Assembly: GCA_964016885.1 (NCBI GenBank)
Contig: OZ024740.1
Span: 204,848,001-204,912,000 of the forward strand
Reading direction: 5' to 3'
DNA from: Eledone cirrhosa
Taxonomy: Eukaryota
DNA length: 64,000 bases
Shown: in pieces, positions 25,847 to 38,760 of the stretch
Layout of the letters: each line of letters opens with the position of its first letter
Numbering within the stretch: position 1 is the first letter of the stretch
Made by a program: the position numbers and the translations under genes
The notes under the pieces: model-generated
Told to the model about the DNA's origin: nothing
Databases searched by the model: none
The model's input: the letters and a program-made list of their open reading frames with translations, nothing else

Positions 25847-26190
25847 ACCACACCAACACACATATTTATACCAACACATATATACACATGCAAGCATACA
25901 CACACACCAACACGCACACCCCAACCCATACACACCACCACATACACACATGCAAGCACACACACACCAACACATACACACCACCATATACACACAACCA
26001 CATACACACCACCACATACACACCAACACATTCACACCACCACACACACACCAACATTCACATCAACACACACACACAAACACATTCACACCAAAAACAC
26101 ACACACCAACACATACACTCCAACACACACACACCAACAAACACACACCAACACACACACCACCACATACACACCAAGTCACACACACCA
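25847..26190. repeat. Degenerate (CA)/(CAC) low-complexity tract
   Basis: Direct inspection. Confidence 0.95.
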
Positions 26191-26208
26191 GCAGATACTC
26201 AATTACTA

Positions 26209-26713
26209 TCTTAACTATAATAAAGAAAGGAGTGCGGGATTGCGTCCGTCCAGAATATATTTTTTTACCCCGTTTGTAAAATAAGTTGGATTACTTTGAA
26301 TAAATAATGAATGAATATTACATAATTTATGTGCTAAATTTCGTGGCTGTTGATTAAATATATTTTATAGCTTATTTAAAGACCTTTAAAATTCACTTCT
26401 TTAAAATTTTCAAATGTCAACACTTCCGGTTAGCGGCTGTTATATAATAACACTTATAAAAATATCGCATATATTTCCGTCGCTAATTTTCTCCTAATGC
26501 AGTTTATATATAATAGCGTCTCTTTTTTAAATGTATCATACATTACGTTACTGATTACAGAAGACAGTGTAACATAGACTTCATTCGTGTATAGTGTCAA
26601 TTACGATTTTATTTGATGTATCATATCTACATGTATATATATTTGTGTATAATATCAATATACACACTACACATGCTAGCAGAAAACCAGCCGTAGGGTG
26701 GTTTTTCTGCTAG
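26209..26713 (+). mobile_element. Non-autonomous Helitron family H2
   Basis: 5' TC(ttaactataataaag); 3' hairpin ending CTAG|T; second copy at 34405-34938. Confidence 0.8.
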
Positions 26714-27141
26714 TATTTTTAATGAAGACACTGCCTATAAGTTTCAAAAGAGAATATAATTTTATTGATTCAAAATTTCATATTCAGTTGTATTTATTCA
26801 GAAACAGGGAGAGAGAAAAACTAAAAATGTGAGGAGGGGGGAGTTCACAGAAAAGGAGTCTTATTGTCAAATCCTATTTTCCTATTTATTATAGGCAAAA
26901 AATATGGTATAACCATTCGTGAATTTTATGTCGAATAATAATAATATTCAATTTGTTTTCAAGCAAACAGCCTCACTATGCTATGTTTTTAAAGATGACC
27001 ATCACCATCTTTTTGTTCTAGCGGTGACAGAGAGAAACAACCGACAATATTGTTTCTGGGTTATTGCCCTTTGTCAAGAATGTGTATGTCTCTTTTCTGT
27101 TACTCATTAGAACTCTCGAGAATATTTAGTATTCTCTAAAG

Positions 27142-27320
27142 CAGGCATGCCAAGCATGCAGCCCTTTACAAGCATACCTGCGGCCCACACAAAGGTTTTT
27201 ACAGTGCAAGTGTAAAATAAAATAAAAAATATTAGTTGTAATGTGCGCAATTTGTTGTCATGTGTGGCCCTCAGACAACACATATGTGGTCCTCGGGGGA
27301 CCATCAGTTTGACATGCCTG
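27142..27320. mobile_element. hAT (Charlie-like) MITE
   Basis: TIR caggcatgccaa / ttgacatgcctg; perfect 8-bp TSD ctctaaag. Confidence 0.9.
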
Positions 27321-27582
27321 CTCTAAAGTATACATCTGTTTTATTCGATATAAAACTCCCAAATGCATTTACATATGTTAGAGCAAAAAATGGAATTCTA
27401 ATTTTGTGTTTATTGAATAACCCTTTTTCCTGTTTGAAGGTGTAAACTGCTAATCTAGGATGCCATATGCTCTGACATCTTCTCTGGTACCTATTTCATT
27501 CTTTTGGCCATAAACTTTGGTGTTGCCAGTCACAAGACAGAGGAGCAGAAGATGATTAAATACCAATCATTAATGGACAGAT

Positions 27583-27795
27583 AGCGGTGGATTGACAGTA
27601 CCAGTATTAAACAACATACTTTACTGCATAAAGTACGGTCCTTTACATTCTGAGTTCATATCCCGCTGAGGTTAACTTTGCCTTTCATTCTTACAGGGTC
27701 GATAAAATGAAGTACCAGTAACACACTGGGGTTGATTTAATCAACTTTCCCCTCGCCAAAAATTTGTTGGCCTTGTGCCTAAATCAGAAACTATT
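27583..27795 (+). mobile_element. S1 SINE (longer-tail variant)
   Basis: gcggtggattgacagta...gagttcatatcccgctgaggttaactttgcctttcatt... Confidence 0.8.
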
Positions 27796-28486
27796 TTTGG
27801 ACAGATCCCATTTCATGCTAGTTATCTATGTATAAATTTGAGCCACTTCCGTCCGTCACATAATGTGTGTGTTTGTGTGAATGTATGTCTGTCAGTGTGT
27901 ATTTTTGTGTGTCTGTGTTTGCATGTTTAATTTATATACTCATACATATAAATGTATGCATATGCACATACACACATGCACACATATATATACACAAACG
28001 CGTCAGCCTGTTGAAAAAAATTCTAGTTGTTAAAACTTCCAGTGCTCTTGCTCTGTGAAGAAGGAACCCAATGATATGGAATGACTGATACAGAGATTGT
28101 TATTGTCTGTTCTTCATAACAACATTTTTTCTATCTTGTCCACACGTCATCATAACTGATATACCATTTGAATGAGGGTGTAGTATTTACCTATTCTTTC
28201 CCTTTTTTACTTTTGTATGTGTTTTGCTGTTTTTTAAAAAACTTATATTTTATTTGTGTTTAAATTTGCTACACACCCTGACATGTGAATATGACAAGTC
28301 ATTAATTGCCTTACAGTGGGTCTTTGTTTCATTCCTCTCAACAGAATAGCTACTTGTAATTATATTCGAGTTAGAGATAATGTCTTCAATCTGATAAATG
28401 TAAACAATATTTTATAAATAAATTTCTTGGTATAATTATCATTTATAAAACAAATATTTTCTTTTTATTCATACATACAGGCACAA

Positions 28487-28642
28487 GGCATGGCTGTGTG
28501 GTTAAGGAGTTTAGATTGTAACTATGTGGTTCTGGGTTTAGTCTAGCTGTAAGGCACCATTGGCAAGTGTCTTCTACTATAGCTTTGGGTTAACCAATGT
28601 TTTGTGAATGGAATTTGGTAAATGGAAATTGCAGAAGCTCCT
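28487..28642 (+). mobile_element. tRNA-derived SINE family S3
   Basis: gcatggctgtgtggttaag...ggcaagtgtcttctactatagc...gaagc; related copy at 35352-35515. Confidence 0.65.
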
Positions 28643-29069
28643 CATATATATATACATATAGTGTAGGTACCAATCCTCTACGAAACATGCGTAACAATAC
28701 AAAATAAATATCTTATACATGTAAATGAAACTTTTTCATTTTTTCTAATATAACATCCGTTCTTCCATGCTAGCATGAGTTAGATGCATACATATACATA
28801 TATATATCATCATCATCATCATTTTACGTCCGCTTTTCCCTGCTTAAAATTAGATTAAAGATGCCATGTCTGAGAATATCAGAAGTATATATCAGAAGTA
28901 TATATATGTATATATATATATAAGTATATATATATACAGAGAGAGATACATTGAAGACCTTCAGGGAAAAATAAAGAGAGATGCAGGACAAGTTTAAAGT
29001 GAGCATGAATAAGCTCAATGCAACCATGGAGGAGTAGCATGTTGCTCAGCTGAAGCACAAACACTAACC

Positions 29070-29215
29070 TTCCTGGACAATGCTGCAAGCATTGAAGCAG
29101 AAATGCCATGGAAAGCTGAGCTGTGGTGTCCTGTTTTGCAGGACAATGCACCAGCGCACACAGCACATGAAACTCAGGAAAATACACGACTTTGGCTACG
29201 TATTGTATAGAAGTG
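29070..29215 (+). mobile_element. mariner transposase fragment
   Basis: Frameshifted translation QALKQKCHGKLSCGVL / QDNAPAHTAHETQ / KIHDFGY, the DNAPAH catalytic-D motif. Confidence 0.7.
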
Positions 29216-29335
29216 GGGTAGTGATGCATACTAGAGACCACTAGATGTTTACTTCAACCCATGTACATGGGAAGGTGGGTCTTTAGCATTACTACATAAT
29301 GCCAGAGATCTTGATCCTGGGTCAAAAGTTAACAA

Positions 29336-29407
29336 TGTGTCAGCTGGGAGTCGAACATGGATCGACTACATGGAAGGCAACTATGCTAACCATTACACTA
29401 CTGACGG
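29336..29407 (-). pseudogene. tRNA-Gly(TCC) pseudogene
   Basis: Minus strand ccgtcagtagtgtaatggttagcatagttgccTTCCAtgtagtcgatccatgttcgactcccagctgacaca is colinear with animal tRNA-Gly-TCC; acceptor and T stems are mismatched. Confidence 0.8.
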
Positions 29408-30529
29408 TTACATTTTTCCATGGCACTAGTACTAGAGAGGTTGTCAACTTCCCTCATTGTCTCAGTCCATTTACCAGTCATTTTGTAGGGGTCTACTGAG
29501 TGTATTCCAATGTGCCACCAACACTACAGAAGTGGTCAAGTCCCTGAGAAAACCAAATAGTCTCCTCTATTGAAAGTATTTATTTAAAGCATCAACACCA
29601 AAGAGAGTGTCAAATCCTTGAGTTAAGCCAAAGAGTCACCTCTACCCTCTGTTGTCTGATTTATTTGTCCACCACTTTGCAGGAGGCACCAAGTGCATTC
29701 CTTTGTAGCACCTACACTAGTGAGATTGTCCCATCCACTGTAAACTAAAAGGGACCTCTCCACACCATGTAGCCTCTGATCTTTTTATAATGAAGTTGGT
29801 ATTATCTGGAAAATGCTTCTTTCCTCAATAATATAAGGATATGATAAGTGCAGGCATAATTGTGTGGTTTCATCTTTGGTCAGGTTGATAAAGAAACTAT
29901 CAGCCCATTGCTAGTGCAACCCCACCACCACCTGTTATATCCTTAGTCAACCCAATCCTATTGCAGGAGATACTTGCTCAGGGTGCCATGGTTATTAACC
30001 AAATATTTTAACCATGCAACTATGCCTATGTCTGTACATGATTAAATGCAATTTGATAAAGCTGAACTAATTCATAGAATCTGGTCTACAATAAATTTTG
30101 CAAATTTTAGATAATTTTAATGCATGTCAGTAGGTCTGATTGCCAAACATTCTTAACACATATTAACTACTTACTTGTATAAGCACTGTATTCTCTTGTG
30201 TATAATATGAGAAATTTTGAACAAAAATTAAGGTTAAAAAAGAGGGGAGAGGTTATATTATATATATATATTCTATATATACTCTATCACTGACTGACAA
30301 ATCATATTTAATAGAAAATACATGTCATTGGGAGCTTAAATCAAATTGCATCATTATTCACTGATTGATGCAATACATATACAACCCTGATTAGTCAACA
30401 TGTTTTCCGTAAGTATATATATAGAGAGAGGCAGTTCTTGCAATTCTTGCACTTAATTCAGCCTCCTGCCTTCCATCACTCATAAACACAACTTCGAGAT
30501 ACTTCAACTTTTCCACCTACATCAGTGTT

Positions 30530-30990
30530 CCCTCCTCAACCAGATCTATCTAGAACTCTTTTCCGCTGCCTCTGTTATTGGGCTTTGGTCCTAGTCTTCC
30601 TAGAGACTGAAAGTTGTTTCATGAGACTGTAGGTAGATTTGCCCATAAAGCCTCTGGAGAGAACTTTGACCTAAAAGTCTGCTTCCCTCAGGCTGTTGGC
30701 CAAACTGGCATATGTTTTGGTCTTGAACATGTGTGCTTCTATTCTTCTTTCAAATGGCATGGTAAGTTCAATCAAAACCAGCTGTTTTGATGAACTGGAA
30801 TAGAGTATGATATCTGGCCTTGAGTTACTCTTCCTGGTGATTTCTAGTTGTCTTGTTGATCCTGGGCAGTTTGCTGTACACTTCCAATCTCTTTAGCACT
30901 TAATTGTGTCTCAAAGTGTATCTTCCTTGGGCTAGTGCTACACTGCATGAGCTCAGAACATGTTCTACTGTCTGTCTACTCTGGCAGAGT
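30530..30990 (-). mobile_element. Hero-like non-LTR element RLE fragment
   Basis: Minus translation RPDIILYSSSSKQLVLIELTMPFERRIEAH...RGFMG...EAAEKSSR.IWLRR, a PD-(D/E)xK RLE of Hero type. Confidence 0.75.
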
Positions 30991-31767
30991 GGGCACTCAA
31001 AGTTATTATGTATATATATTATGTATATATTATGTATATATTATATACTATACATGAATGTAAAAATATAATTAAGATTAAATCATATATATATATAAAC
31101 ATACATGTACAAATAAGATCAAATAAGCAAACAGAGATTTGCAAAATTATTTGACAAAAATAATTAAGACCTATCAGATTATACACATCTCCTAAAACGT
31201 GTCTATAAACGAAATTATACCTCCCTTTATATTTACTACTAAAATAGCTATTAGTCTATTCGTGCATTTACTAGCTCCAGCTATAAATCTACACCTATTC
31301 AGCATATCCAGAAGACTCTGGGAACACACATTCTCCTCCTTCAATTGGCAACCACCCAGATCCTCCACTTCATATCTAAGTTTTTCTATCAGCTGATCAA
31401 TATTCCCCAGTCTTAGCTTGTAGGCTCCATTACCATTAAAATTATAATTAACATCACAATATCACCTCTTAACTCCCTAGCTAAAACCAACAGGTAGTAT
31501 TGTTTGCATAATATAATGAAATTACCCGCTGTTTTATCTGCTGGTGTGCGATGATGTACTTATTGTGAAACCCACTTAAAAATTACTTCACCTCAGGCTT
31601 ATTAAGTATATATATATATATTCATAAAATTGTCGAATTCTCAGTGAGTTTTTACTATACATATAGTAATATAGTATCCAGCTGCTTACGGCTACCCTTC
31701 GCACCACAATTTCATGAAAATTCATAATACACTCATCATTTCAAACATCTTCAATTAATGTTTATAT

Positions 31768-33937
31768 ATCATCATCATCATCATCATCGTTTAACGTCCA
31801 TATTCCACGCTTGCATGGGTTTGGACGGGAGTTTTCCCACTTGAGGCCTGGATGTTGTGGCACCAACATAACTTTACATTGAAAGGGGCGGTGTGGATGG
31901 GGTGGGGTGGTGGGACGGGGGTGTATTTTGTTAGAGGTGCCTACTGACTGTAGAAGGTTTTACTTTGTATTTAGGTAAGGCGGGTCTTCTCTATTACTGA
32001 GTACCGCCAAAGATCTTGGTCCAGTGACATTGTCTTGGAGAGGTGTAAGTGTGTGAGGTCGGAATTTATCAAGTCGTCCCAGGTTTTTCTGGGTCTGCCT
32101 ACTCCTTGGCTACCGTCTATCTTTATTGCCCTGCACTTTTTTATACAGCTGTCGTCTTTCATGCACATCACGCGACCATACCAACGTAGCCTTCTCTCGA
32201 GTAAACAACATCTGATCCCTCTTATTTCTAATTTTTCCCTTAGTTCATTAATGCTTTGCTGTTCACGTATATTACTATTACACATCCAGCGAAGCATGCA
32301 AGCTTCGTTCCTCTCTAGTCTGCGTATATCCTCTGCACACAAAGCCCAGGTCTCACTGCCATGCAACATTGCTGTTCGTATGCAGGCATCATACAACCTG
32401 CCTTTCATTTTTAGGGAGAACCCTTTAGCGGCTAATAGTGGTATAAGCTCTCTGAACTTTTTCCATCCAGTTCTGACTCTAGCTACTGTACTTTCAGAGC
32501 ACCCTCCCCCACTGCTGATTTTGTCATCCAGGTAACGGAAACTGTCCACTATTTCTATAGAACCCTCTGCGCAATTGAAAGAGCTAGTATTTTGTGGGCA
32601 CTTGCTGCTACTTATTGCACCAGAGCACCGGCCACATGTAAAATCTATGTTCTTAGTTAGCTTACCTGTGATCCCACTACATCTTTTATGCACCCATACT
32701 TTGCATTTGGGACACAAAATGGAGTTTCTACCTACGCCTTTCCTACACACTGAGCATGGCCATTTCCCGGAAGGGACCGGCGCCTTATTTTCTTTCCTAC
32801 AAACTAGAACTTTAGTCTTAGCCAGGTTAATTTTAAGGCCTTTTGATTCTAGGCCGTGCTTCCATGTTTGGAATTTCTTCTCTAGCTCGGACATAGATTC
32901 AGCTATGAGCGTTAGATCATCTGCGTATAGGAGTTCCCATGGGCAGCCGGTCTTGAACTCCACTGTTATAGCCTGAAGAGCAATAATAAATAATAGGGGG
33001 CTAAGAACAGAGCCCTGATGAACACCAACTTTTACGCTAAACTCTTCACTATATTCGTTGTTAATTCTAACCTTGCTGACTGTTTCTTTATACATGGCTT
33101 GTATAGCTCTCACAAGCCATTCATCAACACCTAGTTTTCTAAGAGCCCACCAGATAATGGAACGGGGGACTCTGTCGAAGGCTTTCTCCAAGTCGACAAA
33201 AGCTAAGTATAGGGGTTTACTTTTAGCTAGGTACTGCTCCTGTAGTTGTCGTACAATGAAAAGAGCGTCTGTGGTACTTTTGCCTGACACAAACCCGAAC
33301 TGCATTTCATCTAGATCAATTCTCTCTCTGATTAGTTGCGCTATTACTTTTTCCGTGACCTTCATGACCTGGTCGATTAATTTAATGCCTCTATAGTTAC
33401 TCCTATCTAAGGCATCTCCTTTACCCTTGTAACAGTTAATGATGATGCTGCTACGCCAGTCCTTCGGAACAACCCCATTCTGTATGACTTGGTTTACTAT
33501 CCGGGTGACCATGGTGTGTCCCACCGTTCCGGAGGCTTTCAGCATCTCAGCAACTATTTCCGAAGGCCCAGCCGCCTTACCCGTCTTCATATCTTTGATT
33601 GCCTTACTTATTATACTACCTTCGACTAACACTGCTGGTCCCTCTATTGGGTCGATGTGGGGGAGACTGTCTTTCTCCCATTTATTCTCCTCATTTAGTA
33701 GCCTTTCGTAGTGACACTTCCAAGCTACCTTCTTATCAGCGTCAGTGATGGCAAGTACGCCATCATCAGTAAGTACACACTTCTCCCCGACAATATCACT
33801 GTTTTCCTTGACACATTGCCTAGCAATCCTGAACACGTTTTTGGTCCTCGCGTTGTAGAACATGCTTGAATTTTCTTTCCTCTGCTTCCCTTCTTACGAA
33901 GTACACTTGTCTCCTAGCTTCCCTCCTGGCCACTTGA
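31768..33937 (-). mobile_element. RTE family A, 5'-truncated, uninterrupted 630-aa RT ORF (31971-33863)
   Basis: RT motifs, PHD-like finger, (ATG)n tail at 31768-31788, 5' junction into (TA)n; 3' UTR has an internal deletion. Confidence 0.96.
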
Positions 33938-34404
33938 TATATATATATATACAGAGAGAGAGAGAGAGATGAGGTGGAGTTGGTTCAGAGTTAAGTGTAT
34001 TTGATTTGACACTTGTTGGTGATATGTTGGAAGGGAAGTATATGGAAGTCTAACTGAGCATGAAATTAAGTTGAAACTGAGCTGTCACTTTGTGGTTAAC
34101 TATGTTGAGAATGATTCACGGTAACAAAACCCAGCAAATATCTTCATAAGTTGTACAAAATGTAAAAACATAAGCATTACAACACATAACAACAATCATC
34201 TTAATGGCCCCTTTTCCTTGTTAAAACAGGGTTAGTTCTGCAGGGCCTTATGATATATTTCATACTCATCATGGGGTGGGGTCCTTTTTTGAGAGAATGT
34301 TTTACAGCCTCATGCTTTTCCTGGAGCCAACCATTTTAATTACCTCTTATGATTTGCACAGATACAGTGTATCTATTCTAATCTGGATACACACATTATT
34401 ATGA

Positions 34405-34938
34405 CTAGCAGAAAAACCACCCTACAGCTGGTTTTCTGCTAGCATGTGTAGTGTGTATATTGATATTATACACAAATATATATACATGTAGATATGATAC
34501 ATCAAATAAAATCGTAATTGACAATATACACAGAAATTGAACGAAGTCTATGTTACACTGTCTTATGTAATCAGTAACATAATCCATGATACATTAAAAA
34601 AAAGACGATATTATATATAAACTGCATTAGGAAAAAATTAGTATGTTTATTTAAGTGATCGCCACCGGAAGTGTTGACATCACACATTCTCTCTTTCTAT
34701 ATATATATGGTAGTTGAAGTGGTGGTGGTGGAAACAATATACCGGAAGTGCAACTTTGAAAAAAGTCAATTTTAAATTATTTATTTTTACGAAATTTTTT
34801 TTCTTTACGAAATTTAGTAGATAAATTATGTAATATTCATTCATTATTTATTCAAAGTAATCCAACTTATTTTACTAACAGGATAACAAAAAAAAAACCG
34901 TACGCAGTCCAGCAGACCTTCCTTTATTATAGTTTAGA
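34405..34938 (-). mobile_element. Non-autonomous Helitron H2 copy
   Basis: Reverse complement of 26209-26713; A|TC start and CTAG|T end on the minus strand. Confidence 0.8.
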
Positions 34939-34959
34939 TTACATTAATATATATATACA

Positions 34960-35135
34960 TTCGTGTAGGTGTCACGTAAAGGACACACTGTAAATGTGGT
35001 TGGCATTAGGAGGGGCATCCAAATTAATTCTGTGTGAGCAAAACACATTCCTCTGACCTAATCACTCACAAAAGGACAGCTCGTCCTACCCATGCTAGCG
35101 TGGAAAATGGATGTTAAACGAAGATGGTGATGATA
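34960..35135 (+). mobile_element. RTE family A-type 3' tail
   Basis: cactgtaaatgtggttggcattagg...ccatgctagcgtggaaaatggatgttaaacg-atg tail. Confidence 0.7.
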
Positions 35136-35351
35136 CATTACAGTTATTATTTTATGTATATTAACAACACATAGAGAGAGCTTTGAAAAGCAACATCAAT
35201 AGCAAAGAAAACTAAGTAATTGAACAGCATGAAGTATAATATAGGTGTAGCATGCTTGTGAAGTTTACTGTGAACATTGCACAGTATGTAAAGAGAGTGG
35301 TATAAAAGTAAAGCAGTTAACTATACACAGTAAATAAACAACTATAGATGC

Positions 35352-35515
35352 AGACATGGCTGTGTAGTTCAAAGGTTTGCATAGCAGTGATACAATTTCA
35401 CATTTAGTCCCACCATTGTGTGGTACTTTGGGCAAGTGTCTTCTACAGATCCAGGGGCAGACAAATGCCTTATGAGGGAAACATATGGTGGACAAAAATG
35501 GTATAGAAAGAAGCC
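35352..35515 (+). mobile_element. S3 SINE
   Basis: Similar to 28487-28642. Confidence 0.6.
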
Positions 35516-36006
35516 TTTAAAATATATATATATATAAGAAATGAAGCAGGCTGTGTGGTTACTATAAACAAAGTTTAAGATGGTAATATGGACGAAACAA
35601 GAGAAGAAACCCTTCATCAGCTGTTAACTGCAGATCATAGATGTTTCGCCAAAATCGATCAGCAGCGTGCCCAAGGCTTTTTATCAATCAAAAGGCCCTG
35701 AGAGGAAGAAAAAATAAGATAGTGAAGAGAGAGGAAGAAAGAGAATAAAGGAAAGAGGAAAAAACGAAGTAAACTAACCGAATGGAAGGGGGGGGACACA
35801 GGACAATGGCACATGCAAGTGAACAGAGGAGAAAATAGAAAAAGTTACAACAAGCGATTGGACTTAAGTCCTGTGGTCAATATAACTGCGGAGTGAGGTT
35901 TTTCCGTGTGATCTAAGCAAAGTGAGTGTAGATAGAGAGAGAGAAAGACGGAGAAACCGGAAGTGAGAAGGGAAAGGGGGATAGGCCAATATATATATAT
36001 ATATAT

Positions 36007-36353
36007 GGAGGCACATGGCTTAGTGGTTAGAGCATTGGCCTTGCAATCAAAAGGTTGTGAGTTCAATTCTCAGACCGGGTGATGTGTTGTTTCCTTGAGC
36101 AAGGCACTTTATTTCACATTGCTCCAGTTTACTCAGCTGTAGAAATGAGATGATAGGGACTGGGGTCCCTATCATTCCACTGTAAAGTGGTCGTGGAGGT
36201 GCCACGGCAAAAAAGCACCCAGCACTCACTGTAAATGAGGTTGGTGTTAGGAAGGGCATCCATCTGTAGAAATCAAGCCAGAATCAGTTCCCGTCCCACC
36301 CTTGCAAGCAGGGAAAAGTGGACGTAAAATGAGATGATGATGATGAGATGATG
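36007..36353 (+). mobile_element. tRNA-derived SINE family S2 with CORE-like centre and RTE family A 3' tail
   Basis: A box tggcttagtgg, B box gagttcaattc, ccttgagcaaggcacttt centre; 3' part near-identical to the 43324-43610 UTR; (ATG)n tail. Confidence 0.9.
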
Positions 36354-36467
36354 ATATATATGTAGGAGGTGAGTTTTATTGTAGTACAATAAAGGAATGC
36401 AGATAAGATATGTTGATTTAAAACTGCACTATCCACAAGTGTTTTTAACCTTCATATCATGTCCTCC

Positions 36468-36538
36468 TATTTTATCTGATGAAAACACAAATGTTATTGC
36501 ATGATGATATTTGTTTTTGAAATGCGCATAATAAAATA
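36468..36538 (+). ncRNA. Type I hammerhead ribozyme (canonical core) in a Penelope-like terminal-repeat relic (36362-36570)
   Basis: tattttat-CTGATGA-[~16-bp stem II]-GAAA-tgcgca-TA-ataaaata: perfect 8-bp stem I and palindromic stem III ATGCGCAT; predicted cut after A36530. Confidence 0.85.
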
Positions 36539-36568
36539 CATGGAACTCATTTAACCATCTTTTGATCT

Positions 36569-36619
<51 letters not shown>

Positions 36620-36774
36620 TATATATATGCAAAAGGCAAACAGAAATAACAAAGCAAACAACACAGTCCAATTAAAAAATATATTATTAGTTTTACGCTT
36701 GATATAGCAGGAAGAGAGTCTTAACGTTTCGGATGCTATTCTTTCATCTCTCTCTCTCTCTCTCTCTCTCTCTA

Positions 36775-36819
<45 letters not shown>

Positions 36820-36827
<8 letters not shown>

Positions 36828-37010
36828 AAACCCTCCATCTCAATTCTACTTTTGAAAAGCATAAGAACTGTGAAACCGGTAAAGGAAACAAATAAATATT
36901 CTTAAAAAGACTCCAGTTGCATTTTCGATTTCATCTTTTTTCCTTATACTTTCACTCATGTAGGGCATCTCGTTTTTTTTTTCATTTTGGAAAAAAAACC
37001 CTCATTTTCT
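36820..37010 (+). mobile_element. Penelope-like terminal relic family P2 with degenerate U3-A8 hammerhead (36849-36884)
   Basis: ctt-TTGAAAA-gca..tgt-GAAA-ccgg-TA-aag; same family as 49935-50305. Confidence 0.6.
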
Positions 37011-37042
<32 letters not shown>

Positions 37043-37043
<1 letters not shown>

Positions 37044-37325
37044 CATCATCATCATCATCGTTTAACGTCCATATTCCACACTTCCATGGGTTTGGACGGA
37101 AGTTTTCCCACTTGAGGCAAGAGTGGTTGTCTTGCTCGCATAGGACTGTCTGGCGGGTTTTCTACGGCTGGATACCCTTCCTAACACCAACCACGTTTAC
37201 AGTGTGGACTGGGAGGTTCTTACCGTGTTACCTACACGGCCACATTATAGCGTGGACTGTGTGTTTTTTTGTCGTGACACCTACACGACCTCATTTGTTT
37301 CAGACTGGATGTTGTGGTACCAACA
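37043..37325 (-). mobile_element. RTE family A 3' UTR only
   Basis: Matches 50557-50965; flanked by (TA)n. Confidence 0.9.
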
Positions 37326-37440
37326 TATATATATATACTGTATATATATATATTAATTTATAGCGCTATAAAGTTAACTCTCTAATATATCTCAATGAAA
37401 GGATAAGATATATTAATAAATTATGTACTCAGTGAAGTAC

Positions 37441-37570
37441 TAAAATATATTAAACTTAAGCCAAAATCAGCTAAAGAAACTCAGGTATTATATAAATCTA
37501 CTTTCTTTTAGCTGATTTGGCTTGTATCTCCACCAAAAATTAGATTTTGGCTTAAGTTTAATGTATTTTA
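37441..37570. repeat. Nested fold-back element
   Basis: taaaatatattaaacttaagccaaaatc / gattttggcttaagtttaatgtatttta, with inner arm cagctaaagaaa / tttctttagctg. Confidence 0.75.
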
Positions 37571-38178
37571 TATAATTGCAAAGAGACAATGTAGATGTTC
37601 AAATTTCCTTTATACATAAAAGAATTTTGAATATCTACATCAGACTTTCATAATTATCCTTATTGTACATATACTCAACCACAAACCAAAAAATTATATT
37701 TGGAAGAAAACCCATAACGTTGAGTGCTTAACTCTAATTGCATCATCCTTAACTGATTGCTGTTTTCCATATACAATCCTGATTAGTCAACATTTTTATT
37801 GTAAATATATATAGGTAGGTAGAAATGCCATAAATAACACAAGGGAAATATGGTGGAAGAAGGGACAGATTGTTGAAAAATGGTAAACAAAAGGTGAAAG
37901 AATAAGACATGTGATGAATAAAATATATAAACAAAAACATAAAAAATGTGCACAATGAAAATATTTATGAGGAATAAAAAGAAGCTGAAGGTCCATTATT
38001 TGCCATTACTCACATAAATGAAATGAAATAGTTAAAATTCAATATAACATCTGCCATCACATTCTAATATAGTAACAGGAAAATGTACTCTTTGACTGTA
38101 TAAATAAGACAAACACTTGCAGAGTGCATGAAATATAGCTTCAGAGAATGAGAGAGAAATACAAGAGATGTACATTAA

Positions 38179-38760
38179 CCTTTCATTACTGTATTTCTAA
38201 TGAGAGACACTGCCTATGATTTTTTTAAAATAATATAGAAAATAATTAAGAATTTGGTGATATTTAGTAATACAACTAACTTTCTCATTATTAACAAAAA
38301 TTAGGGACGGTGATGGATTGGCAGTATTGGTAGAGTGTCGGACACCATGCTTTACAGGATAGAGTCATGGCCCTTTACAGTTTGAGTTCAAATCCTGCTG
38401 AGGTTAGCTTTGCCTTTCATTCTTACGGGGTTGATAAAATAAAGTACCAGTAATGAATGCGCTGGGATCGATTTAATTGACTTTTCCCCTCCCCTAAAAT
38501 TGCTGGCCTTGTGCCTAAATTAAAAACCATTGCTTTGCAGCACAGTTACGTCCCTTTACGGACTCAGTTCAAATCCCGCCGAGGTTAATTTTGCCTTTCA
38601 TCCTTACGGGGTCGATAAAATAAAGTACCAGTAATGCACTGGGTAATTGCTGGCCTTGTGCCATAAGTAGAAACAATTATTAACAAAAGTTCTTATATAA
38701 AATTATGATGCAAGGCTTTTAAATAAATATAAGCACTTGAAAAGTTTGGTGTCAAAAAGG
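38179..38760. mobile_element. M2 MITE interrupted by two S1 SINEs (38305-38680)
   Basis: TTAA-cctttc...aaaagg ends; the SINE pair is flanked by duplicated attattaacaaaa. Confidence 0.7.

Noticed and set aside
25807-26279. His/Thr- or Val/Cys-rich ORFs (also 40194-41095, 60882-61290)
   Set aside because: Simple-repeat translations.
29336-29407. Functional tRNA-Gly gene
   Set aside because: Acceptor and T stems have multiple mismatches; kept as a pseudogene.
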